Source: a virus
Virus record (IMG/VR): IMGVR_UViG_3300004463_000262
Span: 8,440-72,439 of that record
Strand: one strand, 5' to 3'
Length of the DNA: 64,000 bases
Under the pieces are notes generated by a model that was not told where the DNA came from, did not search any database, and saw nothing but the letters and a program-made list of their open reading frames with translations. Positions 53,849 through 63,393 of the stretch are shown here, one piece after another. The number at the start of each line of letters is the position of its first letter. The stretch's first letter is position 1. The translations under genes and the position numbers were made by a program.

Positions 53849-54522
53849 GAGAAGAGATCAAAGTGTTGGATCACGGCTTTGTCCGTCTAGATGAAGCTAT
53901 GGCTTCTGATCTTAGCGTTGCGAATTCTGCTCGTGTGTCCTTTGGTGCTCGCCATACTGAGATGGAAGAAGGAGATGACAAGTTGATCGTCTACCTGATG
54001 CGTGAGCGACATGGTACGCCGTTCGAGCACAATGCATTTCGCTTCCACGTCAAGGCTCCAATTTTCATCTTCCGTGAATGGCAACGACATCGCATTGGTA
54101 GCTTCAATGAACTCAGCGGTCGCTACAAGCAATTCCTCAATCCAGATTTCTACATCCCAGAAGATTTCCGCTCTCAAACAGGTAAACCAGGAGCGTATAC
54201 CTTTGAGAAGTGGACTGGAAACACCAAGCTGGCACAGCATACTATGTTGAATCACTTCAAAGATTGCTATGATCTGTACCTCTGGTACATGGAATCGGGC
54301 ATGGCTAAAGAACAGGCCAGGATTGTGCTGCCGCTCTCAATGTATTCTGAGATGTTTTGGACAGTGAATGCTCGTTCACTGATGAACTTTCTCTCATTGC
54401 GTAATTCGGATCAGGCGATGTGGGAGATTCAGCAATATGCTATGATTGTAGAGGAACTATTTGCTGAAGAGATGCCTATAACGCATGCGGCATTTGTGGA
54501 ACAAGAAAGGATTGCACCGTGA
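53818..54522 (+). CDS. thyX: FAD-dependent thymidylate synthase
   Basis: HGTPFEH, RHRIGSFNELSGRY, EQARIVLP. Confidence 0.93.
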   Translation: MAKCGEAVVVGEEIKVLDHGFVRLDEAMASDLSVANSARVSFGARHTEMEEGDDKLIVYLMRERHGTPFEHNAFRFHVKAPIFIFREWQRHRIGSFNELSGRYKQFLNPDFYIPEDFRSQTGKPGAYTFEKWTGNTKLAQHTMLNHFKDCYDLYLWYMESGMAKEQARIVLPLSMYSEMFWTVNARSLMNFLSLRNSDQAMWEIQQYAMIVEELFAEEMPITHAAFVEQERIAP

Positions 54523-54866
54523 ACATAATGAGGAATGCTCGTTTCTTGAAGATATATATCAGTGTTTGGTATGCCTTTAGTTTAGGACTTCTTGTTTGGG
54601 AGACATGGCGTCATGAGATCACGCTTTCTGTAATTCAGGCTCTTGTATTAATTGTTGCATCTGTTCTGCTTGGTCATGCATGGTGGCCAAGGAAAGAGGT
54701 TGAGATGCATACGCTAAGAGTCCCTATGCCTCCTGAGTATCCTGCTGACAAGGATAGCCATAATTATAAGATGGGTTACGAGGATGGCAAGGCTGATGCT
54801 CAATCATTGGAGAAGGTGCCAGTGGGTACGCCGTTTGATTGGGATGATATGGGGCCATATCCATGA
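54519..54866 (+). CDS. membrane protein with half RMF-like motif
   Basis: Two hydrophobic helices then NYKMGYEDGKAD. Confidence 0.55.
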   Translation: MNIMRNARFLKIYISVWYAFSLGLLVWETWRHEITLSVIQALVLIVASVLLGHAWWPRKEVEMHTLRVPMPPEYPADKDSHNYKMGYEDGKADAQSLEKVPVGTPFDWDDMGPYP

Positions 54867-55423
54867 TCGGTAGCCTAACTGTTATCACAGGCCCAATGTA
54901 TTCGGGGAAAAGCGAGGAACTGATCCGTCTGCTTCGTCGTGCCGCGATTGGTGGCAAGACAACTATTCTGCTTCGACCTAACATTGATGATCGTTATAGC
55001 AAGAAGGATCTCGTATCTCATGCTGGTATCTCACACAAGGCCCATTCGATCAAGCCCACGGCTGATGAGATTTGGGTGGCTGGAACACATTTTGATGTGA
55101 TCGGTATTGATGAGGTTCAGTTCTTTGAGAATCAGGATTGGACAATAGAGTCCACCATAGATTTTCTGATAGACAGTGGGAAAGAGATTATCGTCTCTGG
55201 ACTCGATATGACGTATCGAAAAGAACCATTTGGGCATATGCCAAATCTTCTAGCTATGGCAGATAGGGTGTTTAAACTGGATGCTGTATGTCATAGATGC
55301 AAGGGAGTAGCTACATTGACACAGAGACTAGTCAATGGTAAACCTGCGCCTCATTCTGGCCCAACAATTCAGATAGGAGGGGAAGAGAGCTATGAAGCCC
55401 GATGCCGCGAATGTTTCGAATGA
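54863..55423 (+). CDS. tdk: thymidine kinase
   Basis: GPMYSGKSEEL, IDEVQFF, GLD, YEARCR.C. Confidence 0.93.
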   Translation: MIGSLTVITGPMYSGKSEELIRLLRRAAIGGKTTILLRPNIDDRYSKKDLVSHAGISHKAHSIKPTADEIWVAGTHFDVIGIDEVQFFENQDWTIESTIDFLIDSGKEIIVSGLDMTYRKEPFGHMPNLLAMADRVFKLDAVCHRCKGVATLTQRLVNGKPAPHSGPTIQIGGEESYEARCRECFE

Positions 55424-55664
55424 CCCTATTGAACGTCGTTTGAATGAGATAGAGGAAGTGCTAGTCAGTCTGTCCGGTAGAGATCTTGTCTATTTCTGTG
55501 GCTATTGGGACGCATTCGCGAAGATTCAGAACTCCAAGTTTCCCAAACCAGATGAAGAAGAGGAATGGAAGAAGGATGATCTCTGGGAAACCTATCTTCA
55601 AGGATTAGAAGATGGCGATGGTGATAGGAGAGAATACGAGCAACGTGTTGGTTCAAAGCCATAA
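55410..55664 (+). CDS. RMF-like motif protein
   Basis: YFCGYWDA…TYLQGLEDGDGD; start uncertain. Confidence 0.55.
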   Translation, partial: NVSNDPIERRLNEIEEVLVSLSGRDLVYFCGYWDAFAKIQNSKFPKPDEEEEWKKDDLWETYLQGLEDGDGDRREYEQRVGSKP

Positions 55665-55690
55665 AAGCGCGAGAACACGAAGCCTAATAG

Positions 55691-55906
55691 TTGATGGGTG
55701 AAGTTATGACAACTAAGGGCAAGATACGATTCCCATATCCTCCGTGCCGCATCGGGCTATTCTCTGAGAAACCCGTTCGCCATGATTTTCAGATTGTGCT
55801 AGACTCTGAGGGCCATGCACTAACCTATGTGCGTAATGGTGTGACGTACTACAAGGTGCGTTGTACTGAATGTGGACTTAACGATCCGAAAGGACAATTA
55901 CACTAA
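55691..55906 (+). CDS. small Cys/His protein
   Basis: C…H…CTECG. Confidence 0.5.
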   Translation: MMGEVMTTKGKIRFPYPPCRIGLFSEKPVRHDFQIVLDSEGHALTYVRNGVTYYKVRCTECGLNDPKGQLH

Positions 55907-56089
55907 TGATTCAACCGACTCCCCCGCCAGAGAAGGAACCAGAACCTCCTGCATACGAATTGAAGGAGTGTCAGAATTGCCATGGCGAGAAGGTTGCGCT
56001 AGATAAGAGAACAGCTAAGCTTGATCTTATCGTTCTTGTTTGCCCTAGTTGTGATGCTATCCCGGTATAATCACAATTTGGGGGCAGAT

Positions 56090-56455
56090 ATGTCCAGGAG
56101 TAAGGGAACATTCCCTAGGTATTCGAAGGTTGATGTAGATCCCGAACTATGGCCTCTGCGCTATTGGGACGCATCTAGATTTTGTGAGTCGTGTGGTACT
56201 CGCTGGCCTAATACTCATCTCTTTTCAAAATGCCCTACTTGTGATATCGGTACAACTATCGATGAACATAGCGCTCCTGATATGCGCTGGCCTGATGCAG
56301 TGAAGTCATACCTCGCCTCTCGCTTTGAAAAGCTTTATGAAAGATACAATGAGGGTCGCACGGATCAAGAACTGATCTATGAGGATGAGAAGAAGAGCGA
56401 AGACTTCGATTTTGATAAGATTGATACAGAAATCAAGAATTCTGTGACGCACTAA
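56090..56455 (+). CDS. zinc-ribbon hypothetical protein
   Basis: CESC…CPTC; GGGG before ATG. Confidence 0.55.
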   Translation: MSRSKGTFPRYSKVDVDPELWPLRYWDASRFCESCGTRWPNTHLFSKCPTCDIGTTIDEHSAPDMRWPDAVKSYLASRFEKLYERYNEGRTDQELIYEDEKKSEDFDFDKIDTEIKNSVTH

Positions 56456-56480
56456 AGCGAGCATCAGCCTCCACTAATAG

Positions 56481-57287
56481 GTGGAGGTTAGAATGCTCGA
56501 AACTCTTTATAACAAGCTAGAAAATGCACTAATCAAGCGTGGTTCGCATCCACAGCCCCTTGGTTATCAGAAGCCGAAAGATTTGGATCACATTCAGAAG
56601 TATCCTCTTTCTGCGCTCTCTCTAACAGAGATCCCTCGTGTGCCGATGTCGATGGGTATCGATTGGTACTCAAACTTCGATCAACCGGAAGCGGTTCAAT
56701 TTGGCTCACTCACTAGGTATTTCGTGGGACGAGGTAAGCTCGGCCGTATTCGTGGTGGTCACTGCGTCTGTATCAAGAGCGGCAACTTCTCTGACCGTCT
56801 ACAATGGTGGGATTTCTATGATCAGGGTGCTGAGGGTGCGTGTGTTGGATTTGGTAACTCACGTATGATGACATTGATGAATCGTGTCCGCTACAACCCT
56901 TGGTGGCTTTGGGATCACTGCAAGATCATTGATGAGTGGGCAGATACCAATCCTGGTGATGATAATGGCACTTCTGACCATGCGGCTGCTGACGTTATGA
57001 GAACCCAGGGTATGGTCAAGTGGGATAACTCTATGGGCAGCCTGTCTTGGCAAGAGCGTGATGCTATCATTCCCGACCCTGCCGCTGGTATTGCTGCTGC
57101 TCGATGGGCGCAAAGTGTAGATGAGATCCGAGATGTATTACAGTCTTCGTTGAATGATCAGCTTCAGGCCATTCCGTTCCTTAACTCGTGGGGACGTTAC
57201 TATCCACACATAACGTGGATGCCATACATTGTAGTAGAGAAACTCATAGATGATGGTGGCGAATTCCTAGTTCCGACAGATCGATGA
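56481..57287 (+). CDS. papain-like (C1) cysteine peptidase with rearranged motif order
   Basis: GGHCV precedes DQGAEGACVGF; FLNSWG near the C-terminus. Confidence 0.75.
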   Translation: MEVRMLETLYNKLENALIKRGSHPQPLGYQKPKDLDHIQKYPLSALSLTEIPRVPMSMGIDWYSNFDQPEAVQFGSLTRYFVGRGKLGRIRGGHCVCIKSGNFSDRLQWWDFYDQGAEGACVGFGNSRMMTLMNRVRYNPWWLWDHCKIIDEWADTNPGDDNGTSDHAAADVMRTQGMVKWDNSMGSLSWQERDAIIPDPAAGIAAARWAQSVDEIRDVLQSSLNDQLQAIPFLNSWGRYYPHITWMPYIVVEKLIDDGGEFLVPTDR

Positions 57288-57520
57288 CAGATCTACTAGG
57301 GAGTTTTGAATACTCACAGTTCAACGTTGCGACTGAAGAGATAGAAGGGAAACTGAATGAACTCATAGCGTGTCGCCATGAGTACCCTATGTGGCCCACT
57401 CATGGCGACCCTCCCTTCGATATCTACGAAGAGATGCTCCATACTCCGATCCGACATACGTATTATCGCACGACTTTGTGTGTCTTACAGGTGGTACGGG
57501 CACTCAGAAAGCTGGCTTAA
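57284..57520 (+). CDS. hypothetical protein
   Basis: ATGA overlap. Confidence 0.45.
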   Translation: MTDLLGSFEYSQFNVATEEIEGKLNELIACRHEYPMWPTHGDPPFDIYEEMLHTPIRHTYYRTTLCVLQVVRALRKLA

Positions 57521-57562
57521 CCGGCTGGTAATAGTTGGAATTCTGAATCTAGGTGGATTTAT

Positions 57563-58006
57563 ATGGCAGATGGCTCTGAGGGTCTAAGACGAGGCTCACG
57601 AGTAAGTTTCTGGGGCACGATCAATGCATCAAATGTAGCGGTTGGTGAATCAGTTAGTGCCAATGCTGTCTCTAGGGCAGTTCAGGTTGGACGTGGCACG
57701 AATATGTTTTGCTGGTTCGTTAGCTCTGATGGAGCTTCATCGTTTCAGCTTCAGGCAGCCCATGTGGGCGAATTTTCGTCTCAAGGGACGGTTCCTGATC
57801 CTGATGATATCACAAAGGTTTGGCACGACTTGTGGTACATGGGGAATAGTGCCAGCGGCAACTCGACTAACAACTTGATTACGTTTACAGGCTCGGGCAC
57901 GATTGCGTCTATCATCCCTGACTTTGAGCCAGATTGGGTACGCATTAAGTGCATTACAGGCACTACTGTGACTGTGATCGCAGGATTTGAAGCTTGGGGC
58001 GATTAA
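57563..58006 (+). CDS. probable virion structural protein
   Basis: Beta-rich, DWVRIK C-terminal motif. Confidence 0.55.
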   Translation: MADGSEGLRRGSRVSFWGTINASNVAVGESVSANAVSRAVQVGRGTNMFCWFVSSDGASSFQLQAAHVGEFSSQGTVPDPDDITKVWHDLWYMGNSASGNSTNNLITFTGSGTIASIIPDFEPDWVRIKCITGTTVTVIAGFEAWGD

Positions 58007-58009
58007 TTC

Positions 58010-58327
58010 GTGGAGATCTTCAAGATATCTGAAGACTCGAAGAGTTACACTCTGGGGTGGAATAAGCCTCCAGGAGAGAATGCAGGATATCGTTTTCGCG
58101 AAGAAGGATTAGCAAAAGTTCCTCATACATGGGATACTGAGCGAAATCAAGTACGTGTCGAGAAGGGTCATACCTCTTACACCATAGAGGCTTTGTCAGT
58201 AGTAGACACTGGCGTTTGGAGTCCAGTTGCAACAAGTTCTGAGTTTGGTGTAGGTCTTTTCGGTGTTATGAGTTTTAGAGCCACATTAAAGGCTCTGATT
58301 AGTTGGGCAAATATCTTTCGAGATTAA
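58010..58327 (+). CDS. FN3-like hypothetical protein
   Basis: TLGW…GYRF…YTIEAL. Confidence 0.45.
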   Translation: MEIFKISEDSKSYTLGWNKPPGENAGYRFREEGLAKVPHTWDTERNQVRVEKGHTSYTIEALSVVDTGVWSPVATSSEFGVGLFGVMSFRATLKALISWANIFRD

Positions 58328-58336
58328 AAGGTTAGA

Positions 58337-58867
58337 ATGGCTTCAAATTATCCCAACTCTTTAGATACTTTTAGCACATCCCATCAAGATAATGTGGGCG
58401 AAATTGTTCATGCTAGCTTTATCAATGATCTTGATGATGCAGTAAACAAGATCGAAGCAGAGCTTGGCACAGTTCCGAAAGGAACCTTTTCAACTGTCAA
58501 AGCACGATTAAACAATTATGAAGCTCCTGCTCTCAATGCCCAAACAGGGACGGCCTATACACTTGTTCTTGGAGATGCAGGAGATATTGTCAGTATGAGT
58601 AATGCCTCTGCTAATACTATCACGATTCCTACTCATCTTCAGGTTGCATTTCCTTATCCTGGTGATGGTGGTGTGAACGGTTGTACACAGGTCACTATTC
58701 GTCAGGCGGGGAATGGCACTACGGCGATAACTCCCACATCAGGAGTTACTTTGGTTGCTCGTGGATTGACGACAGGAACAATGCATATGGCTGGTCAATA
58801 TGCGTATGCAACGTTAACCAAAGTAGGACAGAATGCTTGGGAGCTATCTGGAGATATTGTTCAGTAA
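58337..58867 (+). CDS. tail fibre-associated protein
   Basis: YPNSLD…IEAELG, NAQTGTAYTLVLGD…W.LSGDI typical of phage tail proteins. Confidence 0.7.
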   Translation: MASNYPNSLDTFSTSHQDNVGEIVHASFINDLDDAVNKIEAELGTVPKGTFSTVKARLNNYEAPALNAQTGTAYTLVLGDAGDIVSMSNASANTITIPTHLQVAFPYPGDGGVNGCTQVTIRQAGNGTTAITPTSGVTLVARGLTTGTMHMAGQYAYATLTKVGQNAWELSGDIVQ

Positions 58868-59317
58868 ATGGCTAGACCGCAATTCGCAGCATCTCGACGA
58901 AGGACAATTGCTCCTTCTGTCTTCTTTGGCGAAACCTTAATAGGTAGTGTTGATTCTCTTGCTACATCAGATAGCAAGAATGTGTTTGCTGCAACTGCGC
59001 CTGTTACAGGGACTATCAGCAAGTTTACAGGATACCTGTCTGGTTTAGGAAGTGGAGTAGGAAGTCAGCCATTCCGTGTAGTGATTTACGCAGATAGTAG
59101 TGGAAATCCTGGTGCGCTTCTAAAGATTTCTGATGAGGTTATTATCTTAGATTCTTCTGCATTTGCTTGGTATGATTTCATCTTGCCTACCCCTCTAGCT
59201 GTAACGGCTGGAACTACTTATTGGATTGGGTATTACATTGGTTCGCCCAACCAGGGCAGCCAGATCAAGGGCTTTTCTGGTTTTGGTCTGAAGTTTAATA
59301 CTAATAACTACGCTTAA
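58868..59317 (+). CDS. beta-sandwich tail-associated domain protein (appears C-truncated)
   Basis: VIYADSSGNPGALL…L.AGTTYWIG. Confidence 0.6.
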   Translation: MARPQFAASRRRTIAPSVFFGETLIGSVDSLATSDSKNVFAATAPVTGTISKFTGYLSGLGSGVGSQPFRVVIYADSSGNPGALLKISDEVIILDSSAFAWYDFILPTPLAVTAGTTYWIGYYIGSPNQGSQIKGFSGFGLKFNTNNYA

Positions 59318-59321
59318 CGCA

Positions 59322-61034
59322 ATGGCAACCGTCAATATCACACCTAATAATGTTACGCACACGTTACCGAATTACTTTTACGGGTTTAACGTTGCGCCGT
59401 TCTATATGGATGATGTTTATCTTCCCACATGGAAATCTCTAACTCAGCCTCTAAACCTTGAAATTTTCCGTGCGCATTGGTGGGGTATTGGACTTGGTAG
59501 TGCCCCCGCTCCGTTTGGAGCAGGGAATCCGTTGGTATGTCCAACTTCATGGACTGAGGCTCCAGCCGGTTCGGGTCGTTACGAAATAACGAATAAGGCG
59601 ATGGACGTTTGCCGTGAAAATTTACTGCCGAATGGTGGACGTACGAAGTTGATGCTTGAGGGCACAGCTGGAACGTCGTCTCCACGTCCCCATAACACTG
59701 ATGATTATTATGTGTTGAGTAACTATGAGACGAACGTCAATGACTCATTCTCTCCTGCTGGTATGGCGGGGTGGCTCAAGTATTTCGTAAACAGATATGG
59801 TCTGAGCGAAATATGGGGCCATGCTCATGTAAATGAACCAAACAACAATCACAATGATGGTACGGGGGGCGGAGGTAACTGGTACCAAGATGATCCATTA
59901 AGTTTTCTTGAGGATGAAAGATGCCGTAAATGGTGGGTGGCTCATCTTAAAGATTATTACGGCCCCGCAGAAGTCGCCCATCCCGAAGTCCCTAAGCTGC
60001 TACTCAACTATGCAGGAGTGGGAGCGGACAGCTACAACGTTAATCAGATACAAGAGCAGCTTGACGGTACTGGTGATAGTCGTGGATCAAATATGGGCTA
60101 TTTTGATGTATTTGATGCTCATATATATGGTGGTAGCGGTATTTCGCAACTTAGACTTAACAAGCAGTGGTATCTTCCTTATACGCCGAACACAGGCGCC
60201 GAGTCTACAGGTAAATCTGGATATCTAGCTGGATTCAACAAATATAGAGAACTGCTTGATGCTAGAGCAAATTCTAATCCGGCTTTAGATGGACGCCTAA
60301 AGAGTATGGCCATGACAGAGGCATTTCATAACTTTAGTGTAGCTGATGATAACTGGAAATGTGGACTTGCTGATATTGGTGTAGCAATGATTTCGGCTCT
60401 CAAGCAAAAAGATTGGAATCTACGGTGCCTGATCTATCATTGCTTAAGCAGAAACACCACTGCTTTGAATGCTAGCGACCAGAATGCATATTTGCTTGCT
60501 CTTAACGGGGGGAATAGACCAGGCAATCTCGTAGGTACAGCTGCGTATTATGTTCAGAGACAGATTGTTAGCCCATATCTAACTAAATATAAGAGGCAAG
60601 TTCTTACAACTGTAACTGGCTCTGGTGCAACACCAGCTTCTACCTCTAATAATTCTATCGATAGAATCCATGCAATCAGCGGATTGAGCGCAGATGGTAC
60701 TGTATTGGCCATTTTAGTAATGAACTCGGATCTGTCAAATACAGAACAGCTGACTATCAATATTGGCACAACTTCAACTGGCCCAATCACAGGCGTGAGA
60801 TTGCCGAATGGTCATATAACAACGCCGACTGCTGGCGCTTCGGCGTTGCCTAGTATTACGCCGTTTGGTGTCGGCGCATCTTCGTTTACCACCGGTGTGG
60901 GCGGTGCTCCCACTTTGGGGATAGGCGAGGCGTTGTTTCTGTTAGTACCAATTCCAAGTGCGAGTAACCCATTTGGTGCAGCAACTACGAGTAGTACATT
61001 AAATCATTATTCCCTTTATGGAACCTACGAGTAA
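59322..61034 (+). CDS. glycoside hydrolase-like (clan GH-A) tail-associated protein
   Basis: NEP acid/base motif, DAHIY, MTE nucleophile motif, C-terminal beta domain. Confidence 0.65.
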   Translation: MATVNITPNNVTHTLPNYFYGFNVAPFYMDDVYLPTWKSLTQPLNLEIFRAHWWGIGLGSAPAPFGAGNPLVCPTSWTEAPAGSGRYEITNKAMDVCRENLLPNGGRTKLMLEGTAGTSSPRPHNTDDYYVLSNYETNVNDSFSPAGMAGWLKYFVNRYGLSEIWGHAHVNEPNNNHNDGTGGGGNWYQDDPLSFLEDERCRKWWVAHLKDYYGPAEVAHPEVPKLLLNYAGVGADSYNVNQIQEQLDGTGDSRGSNMGYFDVFDAHIYGGSGISQLRLNKQWYLPYTPNTGAESTGKSGYLAGFNKYRELLDARANSNPALDGRLKSMAMTEAFHNFSVADDNWKCGLADIGVAMISALKQKDWNLRCLIYHCLSRNTTALNASDQNAYLLALNGGNRPGNLVGTAAYYVQRQIVSPYLTKYKRQVLTTVTGSGATPASTSNNSIDRIHAISGLSADGTVLAILVMNSDLSNTEQLTINIGTTSTGPITGVRLPNGHITTPTAGASALPSITPFGVGASSFTTGVGGAPTLGIGEALFLLVPIPSASNPFGAATTSSTLNHYSLYGTYE

Positions 61035-61042
61035 TAAGAGAG

Positions 61043-61816
61043 ATGGCAGTTATTATCCGGGAAGATTTCGAAAATTTTGACTCAAGCCTTTACACTGTCG
61101 TGTTTGGCTCGGCTGCTACCATAAATAGTACGGCCGCAAAACGGGGCAGCAATGGAATGTATATCAATTATCCTAGCTCTGGAAGTCAGGGTGATTTCAT
61201 TTATCGTCCATTTATCACGACGAATTCAATTTTTGCGTGTCGTATGAGTATCCGAATAGAACAGGCTCTACCCTCTTCTTCGCAAACCTTTTTTGAGTTA
61301 CAGAATAGCACCAATAATAAGAGTTTCTTCATGAGAATGACAACTACCACTCTTGATATTGCTTTCTTTGATCTTCTTTCTTCGGCGTCTATTCAGAATT
61401 TCACTTTTTCGACCGCAACATGGTATGACATTGATATGAAAGTCGATTTCTCAACCACAACCTGGAAAGCTGATTGGAAGGTAAATGGTACTAATCAGAC
61501 TCAAGCCACGCGCACTTCGGCAAATACTACAGCCGGATTTATCCCTGATCGACTTAGATTTGGAGTGGGAGATTCAGTGGCCAGAACAAAGGTGGTTAAA
61601 ATAGATGATGTGTGGATGACGGATAATGGTTCATCTTATCCAATGGCTTACCCTGGAGTCTTCTTGAAGCCAATCTCTGATATCACAGTGGGCGATTATG
61701 TACCCACTCCATCGTCGCCATCTACCCTATATGACAAGCTTGATGAAAGTAGCGCCACCAATTTGGATGCTGACTACATCTCTGGTACCAATACTACTGA
61801 AGTCAAATTCGGATAA
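61043..61816 (+). CDS. lectin/LamG-like tail-associated protein
   Basis: EDFE…WY.I…IDDVW beta-sandwich pattern. Confidence 0.55.
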   Translation: MAVIIREDFENFDSSLYTVVFGSAATINSTAAKRGSNGMYINYPSSGSQGDFIYRPFITTNSIFACRMSIRIEQALPSSSQTFFELQNSTNNKSFFMRMTTTTLDIAFFDLLSSASIQNFTFSTATWYDIDMKVDFSTTTWKADWKVNGTNQTQATRTSANTTAGFIPDRLRFGVGDSVARTKVVKIDDVWMTDNGSSYPMAYPGVFLKPISDITVGDYVPTPSSPSTLYDKLDESSATNLDADYISGTNTTEVKFG

Positions 61817-61819
61817 ACT

Positions 61820-63325
61820 ATGCCTCTACAAGTTGAAAAAGGAACTTTTACAACCCCCGGTTCTACGGGTAACGTAACCTACAATCTAGGTGGGAATTTC
61901 AATGCATCTCAGCCGCTTAAGGCTTTGATTCTTTGGGGCACCTATGCTACGGCTGATGGCGATACTGGTGCAGACATCATCTATACAATGGGATTTGGTA
62001 CTTATCGTTCCTCTACTGTATCTCAACGTTATGTCAGTATGTATGCACAAGATACTAGTACTCCAACTGTAGTTTCTCGTGGGAAAGGCAACAATGCTAT
62101 CCTTAAGGGTTTTACGGGTCTTTCGCCAACAACTGATTTTGAAATCAGATTAGATTCTTTCACAAGCACAAGCTTTACCTTAAATCACTTTGATCTACCG
62201 GCCACTTCTTCTTTGGTATTTCATTATTTTGCCTTAGGTGGATCAGACATTAGTGATGCTCTTGTTGGAACATTTACCTTGAATACATCAGCGGGTACTC
62301 AGGATGTTACTGTCACTTCAGGTTTTGGTAAGCCAGATCTTCTCTTCAACTTTGATGGGGCTGTTACTACCGTAACCACAAATGTAGATGAAACGGGTCG
62401 TGCTGGGATTTATGCGGGTATTGGAAAGGATGATGCCAATCAATGTGCTTCTTATTTCAGTTTGGGCCAAGGTTCAACTCCCAATAATGATGAGGCTTAT
62501 CAACGTGCAGATCGGTTCATTGCAGGAGTTACTCAGGGTGGTGCTCGACATGAAGCTTCTTTGACAGCAAAGTCAAGTTGGCCTACAGATGGATTCCAGA
62601 TAACCAAGAACACTGCGCCTACAGCAAACCGCGATGTTTTCTTCTTGGCATTGAAAGGCAATCTTCAATCTGCAATGGGGGAAGCAACGGTTCCAACCTC
62701 TGTGGCCCCTCAAACCAATACACATAGTGTTTCTTCTCAGAGTGTAGCTCGTGGGATTTTTACATTTGGGAATACTTTAGCTGCAAGCACCAGCTTTATT
62801 ACTTCGGATTCTGGAAACCTTGGAACTTTCTGGATGGGCGCTTCAGATGGAACTCGTGAAGGGTATGCTGGATTTTCAGAACGAGACGGTGCGACTGGAA
62901 TCGTTGGTTCTAGACATCAGTCCACGACCAAAACCGTGAAAATGATTATCCCTGACACTTCAGGTGAAACAGGTACCCTTACATCAGAAGCGGATGCGGC
63001 ATTGTCTCTTAACAATGCTCAGTTGATATTCAATGACACAGACACAGTTGCTCGTGCTTATATCTATCTTGTCTTGGGTGATGCTCTTGCTTCTGCATCC
63101 TTGAGTACAACATACGTCAGATATAGAATCGGGAAGAATTTAAGCTCAGGCAACGTAGATATGACAGTTCGACTAATGCAGGGATCTACCGAGATTGCTA
63201 ACTGGACGCACACAAATTTGGCCCAAGGATTCACTACTTATGAGCAAGTTCTTTCTCAAGGTCAGGAATCCTTAATCACTGATACAACCAATCTACGACT
63301 TCGTTTCGTGAGTACGGTCACATAA
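61820..63325 (+). CDS. minor tail/virion protein with internal repeats
   Basis: Three related GF.P…SF…F.L….YLAL.G units. Confidence 0.6.
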   Translation: MPLQVEKGTFTTPGSTGNVTYNLGGNFNASQPLKALILWGTYATADGDTGADIIYTMGFGTYRSSTVSQRYVSMYAQDTSTPTVVSRGKGNNAILKGFTGLSPTTDFEIRLDSFTSTSFTLNHFDLPATSSLVFHYFALGGSDISDALVGTFTLNTSAGTQDVTVTSGFGKPDLLFNFDGAVTTVTTNVDETGRAGIYAGIGKDDANQCASYFSLGQGSTPNNDEAYQRADRFIAGVTQGGARHEASLTAKSSWPTDGFQITKNTAPTANRDVFFLALKGNLQSAMGEATVPTSVAPQTNTHSVSSQSVARGIFTFGNTLAASTSFITSDSGNLGTFWMGASDGTREGYAGFSERDGATGIVGSRHQSTTKTVKMIIPDTSGETGTLTSEADAALSLNNAQLIFNDTDTVARAYIYLVLGDALASASLSTTYVRYRIGKNLSSGNVDMTVRLMQGSTEIANWTHTNLAQGFTTYEQVLSQGQESLITDTTNLRLRFVSTVT

Positions 63326-63393
63326 CCTTTTAAATTGTACGACCCCGCTCACGGAATTAGTGACGAAATCAGAATCAAGGGGTATTTTATCTC

